Source of the DNA: Nitrospinaceae bacterium
GTDB taxonomy: Bacteria > Nitrospinota > Nitrospinia > Nitrospinales > Nitrospinaceae
Direction: 5' to 3'
Length of the DNA stretch: 64,000 nt
NCBI GenBank assembly: GCA_965223665.1
Contig: OZ245011.1
Coordinates: forward strand, 960,001-1,024,000
Shown: positions 7,901 through 15,500 of the stretch, piece by piece
How positions within the stretch are numbered: position 1 is the first letter of the stretch
How the letters are laid out: every line of letters starts with the position of its first letter
The notes under the pieces: generated by a model
Told to the model about the DNA's origin: nothing
What the model saw: the letters and a program-made list of their open reading frames with translations, nothing else
Database searches by the model: none
Program-made: the position numbers and the translations under genes

Positions 7901-9909
7901 TTACCATTCGTCGGATGAAACTGAATCGAATGACGTTTTCCAGGATGGGGAGATTTGTACTTCGCCATCGGATAAGTCGCCTCACGTTCTGATAACGCTC
8001 GATTCTTATCCCAGGCATAATCCCATACCGTTCCGTCATAAGCCAATATTTGACCCTTTTCATCATCCGTATGACCAGGCTTGCCTTGCGGTGGCAACAT
8101 CGATCTTACCCAATCCTTGATGTTCACCACTGGAATCTCCTGATCCCACTTGCTGGCTCCACTGTCTACAATTTTGAACTTCTTGCCGTACCAGTTCATC
8201 GTTTTACCCACTAACTTGTCTGAACTGATACCTTTAGGAATGTAGCCTTTTCGATCCGGTAACTCCTGCAACGGACGCATAACATCAGTACTGCCAAATG
8301 GATAGTTTCCATCCTGCAGAGTGTTGTACACACGCCAGTATCCCCACATACCCGCAACATAGTGATGCGCTACGTGACAATGGAACAGGAAGTCCCCTGC
8401 CAATTTCTGACACAATCCGGATCCACACTCTGTTTCCAGATCCAATACTTCAGCCGGACCAATTACTTCCACGTCTACACGGTCCGTAGTCGTTCGAACC
8501 ACAGGATACTTCACAGGACCGTCATAGGCCGCTGTTATTAAATTCTCAATCCCTGGCTCACGTTTCGGTGAACGAGTCCAACGAATTGAACCTCCATGCG
8601 GATGATGCGAATGGAACACTTCACCGCCACCATGAATTAACCGGAATTTTACCGGATCACCCATGTAAGAACGAGGAATGGTTGTGGGAGCATCCGCAAA
8701 CGTATAAGAACTGTAAGATAAAGATTCATCTTCATAGTGAAACATTTTTTCTTGAACTGCCAAATTGTTAATTCCAAAGGGTTCACTACGATAGTTCATC
8801 GCACGTGCTGAAGGACGATACGCATCAGTTTGTGGATCCCGTTGTGGAATCATTTCTCCGTGACGGTTCAAAGGACGAAAAGATTCATCCCCAACTTCAT
8901 GGTAAAATAAAGCAAATTCCCGAAAATCTTTTGCTTGGTCATTTGCGATCATAGCCATCCAGCCATTTTCGAGCGGACCACCGGTCCAAGGATCTAAATA
9001 ATATGATCCTCGTGGTTCAACAATGAAGGCACCAATCAAACCTAATGCAGATGGATCACGACCTGCGTGACTAATAATCAGGTGGGATCCCTCTTGTTCA
9101 TCTACCGGTATAAACCATTCAAAATTCTGGGATTCTCCAGATGGCACAATGGCCCCTTTAGATACCGCAGTATTGGGCAAACCTGAATCGCTAATGATCA
9201 TCGCAGAACCATTAACCTGAAATCCTGCGTCTTCATCCTCTAATTGGTTCGTAAATTTAATTCGAACACAATCCCCTTGATTTGCACGGATAACCATCGG
9301 TTGGATTGCATCCCCCTGCAAACCCGTGGAAACTACGCCAGGATCCAGTTCGTCTTCCCGAGCCGCAGCATTAGCTGCCTCATCTTTACGAACCTGCTCA
9401 ATGTCCTTTGTCAAAACATACATATAACCTGGGAAGTAATCTCCCCATTGGTTCAATGCAATTTCAACATTAATAGCGGAAACATCATAGGACTTGGTAG
9501 GAGCTCCAGCCGGACAATGACCACCTTTGAAAACCTTGTCAGAGGCTTCGGAAGGCCCTAACAAGTATCCCTGCTGTAGCTGATGTGCCGCCCATGAATC
9601 GTGAAATACGCCTCCGGCTGAGGCAGGGCTGGCATGTTCTTTCAACTTTCCTTTCAAGCGGTCCATCAAAGAACGAAAGGTCTTATTCAATCGATCCTGA
9701 TCCCCTTGTTTTCCCTCCATCATCTCTTCGTAGTTGATTTGATTTTCCAACTTCTCCAACCACGCTGGACGATCTACCGCTGAATGCGAGTTATGCATTT
9801 GGTTGGCATAAACCGGGTATGCAACCAAACTCAAAACAAGCAAAACAAAAATGCCGGTAACCAATGGTGTTACCCCATTTTGTTTGCGGCCACTCAATTG
9901 ATAATGCAT
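4984..9909 (-). CDS. Giant six-domain multicopper oxidase (MnxG-like), copy 1
   Basis: Sec-type signal; HSHHPH, HCHVAHHYVAGM, NIHPH and WHDH copper motifs; three-fold internal repeat; AGGAGG RBS. Confidence 0.88.
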   Translation of the reverse strand: MHYQLSGRKQNGVTPLVTGIFVLLVLSLVAYPVYANQMHNSHSAVDRPAWLEKLENQINYEEMMEGKQGDQDRLNKTFRSLMDRLKGKLKEHASPASAGGVFHDSWAAHQLQQGYLLGPSEASDKVFKGGHCPAGAPTKSYDVSAINVEIALNQWGDYFPGYMYVLTKDIEQVRKDEAANAAAREDELDPGVVSTGLQGDAIQPMVIRANQGDCVRIKFTNQLEDEDAGFQVNGSAMIISDSGLPNTAVSKGAIVPSGESQNFEWFIPVDEQEGSHLIISHAGRDPSALGLIGAFIVEPRGSYYLDPWTGGPLENGWMAMIANDQAKDFREFALFYHEVGDESFRPLNRHGEMIPQRDPQTDAYRPSARAMNYRSEPFGINNLAVQEKMFHYEDESLSYSSYTFADAPTTIPRSYMGDPVKFRLIHGGGEVFHSHHPHGGSIRWTRSPKREPGIENLITAAYDGPVKYPVVRTTTDRVDVEVIGPAEVLDLETECGSGLCQKLAGDFLFHCHVAHHYVAGMWGYWRVYNTLQDGNYPFGSTDVMRPLQELPDRKGYIPKGISSDKLVGKTMNWYGKKFKIVDSGASKWDQEIPVVNIKDWVRSMLPPQGKPGHTDDEKGQILAYDGTVWDYAWDKNRALSEREATYPMAKYKSPHPGKRHSIQFHPTNGKLAWPHMTPHFGKRVPFARHHGGAPWLEPFHYLTDNSVITKTESGSGRSSSGMENSTPAKPGEQGRWSLCPEGAGRKQYNLVFINTPIELQGGYKGTPPIIDKYGLIYVIDEEMAAVKADPKKAEPLVIRANVYDCVDLLLTSEWNDDDFTNFQMSKVNIHPHFFQFDNQASDGVISGFSYDQSMRSYRQFDKKQKNGHHVGMPVPMNAHLLKDTKPGDKTIEIEMAHHATPFHVGTDIIVGIEVPNGKDARWIGKMEPDPNKNPAKDGKYKITFTEGMTHAHKAGQIVSTEYVRYRWWVDADLGLVFWHDHAFGATTWPHGGIGSTIVEPWGSTYHDPKTGKPIRSGPVADIHGTEPIAYGRNGSFREIVVQMHDTVPHTAQLVTKGNPPGLSRENAIAAGQSISFQMPKDMLEVAFPYLNGGTHTTGGGFNFRAASLSARLKANGDASQLFSSKAHRDPDTPLISAYLGDTIVFRLLHGMMNETHMFSLSGHGFRPERYDRDSRVTNALHVGIAERYDLATTAGGYQQMAGDYLFYDGRTSHLSEGSWGILRVYDKAQKDLQPLEGSRGILQSKKEVCPKGAPTKNFSVVAINKALKFNPNAEDIIEVDFERKLLLANPEGKVFVLEDEVKKAADDGAMPHPLTLRANIGDCVKVKLTNRLKKGKTSLHVNNMAFNPLDSQGINVGNNPGDQTVAPGKSKTYTFYAHPDYNINAGLIWDFGDLVTNVRDGLFGGIIIGPRGSVYRDPETGKDISLGNSWKADVIIDKSYPENAHIDNYRDFALYFQDEDNILGTSFMPYLQNVAGLTGVNYRLEPWTYREDEGCELGNMFTPCVAADNDPATPTIKAHAGDKVMINVFGAHNEQNQMFNLDGHQWRRHLNQEGSDMIDVEEFGGGEYIQAFLLNGAGGTYHVPGTYLWLNARTPYQQAGQWGYFKVLPQGDRSILPLGGATPDGLKSASREDDNRLSMNR
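4995..9780. repeat. Long direct repeat unit A (~4.8 kb); partner at ~12601-17386
   Basis: Colinear near-identical DNA at offset 7606 (shadow ORFs start at 5879/13485, 8298/15904, 9244/16850). Confidence 0.9.
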
Positions 9910-10218
9910 AAGCTTTCCTCCTGTTTGAACTGTTGTGGCATTAAATTTTGAGATAGCCCCTAGGCCTTAAAATAAAGTTATGCTCATAAAACCAATAACT
10001 TAGATAAAGTCCTATAAGCATTCCCACATTAGGTTTCCAAAAGTACGGAAAAAATGGGAATTACGTTTAAAAAATAAGACCTCAAATATCTGATTTTATT
10101 CCCTAAATATTTAATATTTTTGATTAGAATATCTGGGGAAAAAGAGGTAGAAAAAATTTAATTCTAATTAAAAAAAAGAAGTGAATTTGGAGGGGCATTA
10201 CTAAATAAAAACAGGAAC

Positions 10219-10770
10219 TTAGAATTCTCCAGTTTTTTTAAGTTCTTTTTTTAAAAAAACTTTACCGCGAGCAATTCGGGACATTACGGTTCCAATAGGC
10301 AAACCTAAAGAGTTGGCAATTTCTTTGTAAGGCATTCTTTCAAAGTAAAACATTTCAATGGGCCTTCTAAGGCGTTCATCCAATTTAGCTAAAACTTCTC
10401 GTAATTTTTTCTTGGATTCATGGGCGACAAAATCCTTTTCTACATTTGTGGCACCACTCAATTGATTACTTACAATATCAAATTCAACGCCTTTCCATTT
10501 TTTACCTTTTTCTATTTCTTTTAAAAATAGGTTTTTAAGGATTGCAAACAACCAGTTTTTCGACTTCTCTATATCTTTCAACTGAGAAAAGTTTTTTATC
10601 GCATAATAAAAGGTTTCTTGGGTTAGATCCTCAGCATCATGTTGTTTTTTAGCCAATCGGCAAGCACATCTGAAAATCAGGTCCACATGCGGGAGCAAAT
10701 GTTCCTTAATGCCCTCCCGATGTGCATCTTCAATATGTTCCTTTAATTTTCCATCTAAATTAATATTCAC
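10219..10770 (-). CDS. ECF-family RNA polymerase sigma factor
   Basis: Region 2 'DAEDLTQETF...WLFAIL' and region 4 'YKEIANSLGLPIGTVMSRIARG'. Confidence 0.9.
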   Translation of the reverse strand: MNINLDGKLKEHIEDAHREGIKEHLLPHVDLIFRCACRLAKKQHDAEDLTQETFYYAIKNFSQLKDIEKSKNWLFAILKNLFLKEIEKGKKWKGVEFDIVSNQLSGATNVEKDFVAHESKKKLREVLAKLDERLRRPIEMFYFERMPYKEIANSLGLPIGTVMSRIARGKVFLKKELKKTGEF

Positions 10771-11041
10771 TAAATAATTAAACTCGACATTTAACCTAAA
10801 AAATTAAGGGATTTTCTTAATTGAAATTACCTAAATAATAACTAAATTTAATTTTCTTTAAAAGTAAATTAAACGTAATTAATAAAGTATTAAAAAAAGA
10901 CATTAAGGTTTTGTGAAAATAATTGGAATTTTTTTCTTCCACAAAAGGTCTAAAAATAAAATTATATAAATCATAAAAAAAATGAATCCTGCTTAAAAGT
11001 AGGACATCTTATCCTAAATAATTAAGAAATATACCTAAAGT

Positions 11042-11533
11042 ATGGAAGAACAAAAACAAATTCTGGATCAAGAAATTTGGGAAATTTCCCTTAGAATTGA
11101 AAGAGATGGAAGAGCTTTTTATAAGGAACTTGAAAAGCTAATTGATGAACCCACCTTAAAAAGCTTTATTCATCAAATGGCTAATGAAGAGTCTAAACAC
11201 ATAAAGCTTTGCAAATCCATGCTAGAAAAGAAAAAAGGCAAGGTTTACGGTTGGGAAGACAAGCAGGATGTCAAAGAATTCATTAATTCCCAATTTCAAA
11301 CTGACATTTTCCCTAAGTTAAACCAGATAAAAGAGTTTTCTTCGAAGTTAGAAAATTTGCAAAAAGCTTTTGAATTTGCGCTGGAAGCTGAAAAAGTCTC
11401 AGCCGAGTTTTATGCTTTATTAGGTGAATACTGTGAAGACTTTGAAGCTAAAACCACTTTAGCCCTTTTAGAACAAGCTGAACAAGACCATATCAAACAA
11501 GTAATTGAAATCAGAAATAAATTCCCTTCCTAA
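11042..11533 (+). CDS. Ferritin-like / rubrerythrin-family diiron protein
   Basis: Duplicated E...FY...ExxH motifs (ERDGRAFY/EESKH; EKVSAEFY/EQDH); no rubredoxin domain. Confidence 0.8.
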   Translation: MEEQKQILDQEIWEISLRIERDGRAFYKELEKLIDEPTLKSFIHQMANEESKHIKLCKSMLEKKKGKVYGWEDKQDVKEFINSQFQTDIFPKLNQIKEFSSKLENLQKAFEFALEAEKVSAEFYALLGEYCEDFEAKTTLALLEQAEQDHIKQVIEIRNKFPS

Positions 11534-11563
11534 TTACTCCCAAATCCTTTCTAATATTCCACC

Positions 11564-11603
11564 AAAAAAAAACAGCACCGGGTCTTTAAGAACCCGATGC
11601 TGT
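11564..11603 (-). terminator. Rho-independent terminator between convergent genes
   Basis: ACAGCACCGGGT/ACCCGATGCTGT stem with an A9 run (U-tract on minus strand). Confidence 0.7.
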
Positions 11604-11619
11604 AATAAATTACCCTTAC

Positions 11620-12438
11620 TTACTTAACAGCTAACTCAAAGTTTTGTTTAGCATCTGCACCACCAGCAACCGTCACTTCAGAAGTAACTTCGCCAATATA
11701 AGGATGCCATGCCGTTACTTTGTATTTACCAGCAGGAATGTTATCAATTTTAAAAGACCCATCCGCGCCAGTCACAGCATAATATGGATTCCATACTATT
11801 CGAGCATCCGCTTCCATGAAGTTATGCTGATCACACTGTAAGAAAAAATGCTTATCTTTTTTCTTTTTAAAACGCTTGAAACTTTTGGTCACGTCCGCAA
11901 CATCACCTTTACTTGGCAATGGCTTATTGAACAATGTTTTTCGGTTTGCACCTACAACCGAATATCCATGAGGATTATGAAGAATATCAGGGTCATGGTT
12001 TGTGATTGTCAATAATCCTTCTTTCATACCTTTAGGGGTTTTGCGAACAATGGATACTTTAGGAAAAATATCGCAGGTTTTGAAATCAAAATTATTGGTT
12101 GCTGTATCCCATTTTTTACCCTTTTCAATATTTTCAATGAATACCACGGTACCATTGAGTTTTCCCCCAGGAGCTACAACTTTTACTCGTGGACGAATTC
12201 CACCTTCTTTAGTATCTGGGTGGGTTGAGCAAAACTCAGAATTTTTTCCTTTATTCAAATCTTCCATGATTGGTGCTGGTGGATCTCCTTTTAAGGTAAC
12301 CGCCCCGCTGATAGACCCTCCACCACTAACATCGCCTTCTTCATACTTAGCTTTTTTAGCAAAAGCCGCAGTACTAAATCCAATGGCAACGCAGATAACT
12401 AAAAAACCAAATAGTACTTTTTTAATCATCCCACACAT
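11620..12438 (-). CDS. Secreted cupredoxin-like / carboxypeptidase-regulatory-like domain protein (paralogue 3)
   Basis: Signal peptide (likely start ATG 12429 after AAGGAG); LHNPH ... QCDQHNFM; 'TGADGSFKIDNIPAGKYKVTAWHP'. Confidence 0.78.
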   Translation of the reverse strand: MCGMIKKVLFGFLVICVAIGFSTAAFAKKAKYEEGDVSGGGSISGAVTLKGDPPAPIMEDLNKGKNSEFCSTHPDTKEGGIRPRVKVVAPGGKLNGTVVFIENIEKGKKWDTATNNFDFKTCDIFPKVSIVRKTPKGMKEGLLTITNHDPDILHNPHGYSVVGANRKTLFNKPLPSKGDVADVTKSFKRFKKKKDKHFFLQCDQHNFMEADARIVWNPYYAVTGADGSFKIDNIPAGKYKVTAWHPYIGEVTSEVTVAGGADAKQNFELAVK

Positions 12439-12520
12439 CTCCTTCCAAACAATGATTTATGAAAATTGTCACACCAAAGTGAAACATTAGAAAACATTTT
12501 AAATAAAAGGACTCCTTTAT

Positions 12521-12563
12521 AAAAATAAAACAAAGGGGCCTCCCTCACTTCAAGAGGCCCCTT
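12521..12563 (-). terminator. Hairpin/terminator after multicopper oxidase copy 2
   Basis: AAGGGGCCTC/GAGGCCCCTT inverted repeat followed by an interrupted U-rich tract on the minus strand. Confidence 0.6.
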
Positions 12564-12592
12564 ATAAACAATTTTTTAATACGGATCAACTA

Positions 12593-15500
12593 TTATTTCA
12601 TCGACAAGCGATTATCATCCGCACGAGAAGCAGATTTGAGGCCGTCCGGAGTGGCACCACCCAATGGTAAGATCGATCGATCTCCCTGAGGTAATACCTT
12701 TAAATAACCCCACTGACCAGCCTGCTGGTAAGGTGTCCGTGCATTCAACCATAAATACGTGCCTGGTACATGATACGTACCGCCTGCACCTTTTAGCAAG
12801 AATGCCTGGATGTACTCACCTCCGCCAAACTCTTCAACATCAATCATATCAGAACCTTCCTGGTTCAAATGCCGACGCCACTGATGACCATCCAAATTAA
12901 ACATTTGGTTCTGCTCATTATGTACGCCAAACACATTGATCATTACCTTGTCTCCTGCATGCGCTTTCAATGTCGGCGTTGCAGGCTCATTATCCGCAGC
13001 AACACAAGGTGTAAATATATTACCTAATTCACATCCTTCGTCTTCACGGTAAGTCCAAGGTTCTAATCGATAATTTACACCTGTCAATCCTGCTACATTC
13101 TGCAGGTAAGGCATAAATGAGGTACCAATGATATTGTCTTCATCCTGAAAATATAATGCAAAATCACGATAATTATCGATATGTGCATTTTCAGGATAAG
13201 ACTTATCAATGATCACGTCTGCTTTCCAGGAATTCCCAAGACTGATGTCTTTACCTGTCTCAGGATCTCGGTATACAGAACCACGTGGACCAATGATAAT
13301 TCCACCATACAAACCATCACGTACGTTCGTGACCAGGTCACCAAAATCCCAGATTAAACCGGCATTGATGTTGTAATCCGGATGTGCGTAGAACGTGTAC
13401 GTTTTGGATTTACCCGGTGCTACCGTTTGATCTCCAGGATTATTACCTACATTAATTCCTTGAGAATCTAACGGATTAAACGCCATGTTGTTCACATGCA
13501 GTGAAGTCTTACCTTTCTTCAAGCGATTGGTCAATTTCACTTTCACACAATCACCAATATTCGCTCGAAGGGTTAACGGATGCGGCATAGCTCCATCATC
13601 CGCGGCTTTCTTGACTTCATCCTCAAGTACAAATACTTTTCCTTCAGGATTCGCTAACAACAACTTTCGCTCAAAGTCCACTTCGATAATATCTTCTGCA
13701 TTCGGATTGAACTTCAAGGCTTTGTTGATCGCTACCACACTAAAGTTCTTGGTAGGTGCACCTTTTGGACATACTTCTTTCTTATTAGGGAGAATACCGC
13801 GAGTTCCCTCCAAAGGCTTCAGGTCTTTTTGGGCTTTATCATAAACCCGTAAAATACCCCAGCTACCTTCAGAAAGATGCGATGTTCGACCATCATAGAA
13901 CAGATAATCACCAGCCATCTGCTGATAACCACCTGCAGTCGTGGCCATATCATAACGCTCTGCGATACCTATATGAATTGCATTAGTCACACGGGAATCT
14001 CGATCATAACGTTCTGGACGATATCCATGACCTGATAAAACAAAGGTATGAGTTTCGTTCATCATTCCGTGTAACAACCTGAACACAACCGTATCTCCAA
14101 GATACGCTCTCACTAAAGGAGTATCCGGGTCTCGGTGTGCTTTACTGCTGAATAACTGAGACGCATCTGCATTAGCCTTCAACCTTGTAGCCAAGGAAGC
14201 AGCCCGGAAATTAAATCCGCCTCCAGTAGTATGCGTTCCACCATTCAAATACGGGAAGGCCACTTCTAACATATCCTTCGGCATTTGAAAGGAGATAGAC
14301 TGACCCGCAGCAATCGCATTCTCTCGGCTCAAACCGGGAGGATTACCTTGAGTCACTAATTGTGCTGTGTGCGGTACTGTGTCATGCAACTGCACAACGA
14401 TTTCACGGAAACTACCGTTTCGTCCATAAGCAATCGGTTCCGTGCCATGAATGTCAGCAACAGGTCCACTTCGAATGGGTTTTCCTGTTTTTGGATCATG
14501 GTAGGTCGACCCCCAGGGCTCAACAATAGTGGAACCAATTCCGCCGTGCGGCCAGGTGGTCGCACCAAATGCATGGTCATGCCAGAACACAAGTCCCACA
14601 TCAGCATCCACCCACCAGCGATAACGAACATACTCAGCCGTTACAATTTGACCGGCCTTATGAGCATGAGTCATGCCTTCGGTAAAAGTGATTTTGTATT
14701 TACCGTCTTTCGCCGGATTCTTATTAGGATCCGGTTCCATCTTTCCAATCCAGCGAGCGTCTTTACCATTCGGCACTTCAATACCAACGATAATATCTGC
14801 ACCTACATGGAAAGGATTTGCATGATGAGCCATCTCGATTTCAATGGTCTTATCACCCGGTTTCGTGTCTTTCAACAAATGTGCATTCATCGGAACCGGC
14901 ATACCTACATGATGGCCATTCTTTTCTTTCTTGGTAAATTGCTTATAAGAACGCATGGACTGGTCATAAGAAAATCCAGAAATAACCCCATCCGATGCCT
15001 GGTTATCAAACTGGAAGAAATGAGGATGAATGTTCACCTTAGACATTTGGAAATTGGTGAAATCATCATCATTCCATTCACTGGATAAAAGCACATCCAC
15101 ACAGTCATATACATTAGCTCTAATAACTAACGGATAGGCTTTCTTCGGATCTGCTTTTACGGCCGCCATTTCCTCATCAATAACGTAAATCAAACCGTAT
15201 TTATCGATGATAGGGGGACTTCCTTTATAACCACCCTGAAGTTCAATGGGTGTATTGATGAAATGCAAATTATACTGCTTTCGACCAGCACCTGGAGGAC
15301 AAAGACTCCAGCGACCCTGTTCACCAGGCTTCGCAGGCGAACTGTTTTCCATTGTCGCATCGGAGCGTCCACTACCGGATTCAGTCGAAGTAATAATTTT
15401 ATTATCACTTAAATAATGAAATGGTTCTAACCAGGGAGCTCCACCATGATGACGCGCAAAGGGAACTCGCTTCCCAAAATGCGGGGTCATGTGTGGCCAC

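Noticed and set aside
5164-9561. Many plus-strand and alternative-frame ORFs (60-146 aa) inside MCO copy 1, with twins inside copy 2 (up to 242 aa at 14360..15088)
   Set aside because: Shadow ORFs of a GC-richer gene; their duplication only reflects the DNA repeat; no RBS or recognisable motifs.
4984-9909. Calling the MCO a copper nitrite reductase (NirK) or a proven Mn oxidase
   Set aside because: It has the HCH motif and a full set of trinuclear-cluster His ligands of an oxidase, not the NirK pattern; Mn oxidation cannot be established from sequence.
9936-9952. TGGCA...TTG resembling a sigma54 promoter near MCO copy 1
   Set aside because: Wrong strand for the MCO gene and lacks the GG-N10-GC spacing.
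12002-12490. 162-aa plus-strand ORF
   Set aside because: Antisense to the cupredoxin-like gene, which has a signal peptide, RBS and conserved motifs.
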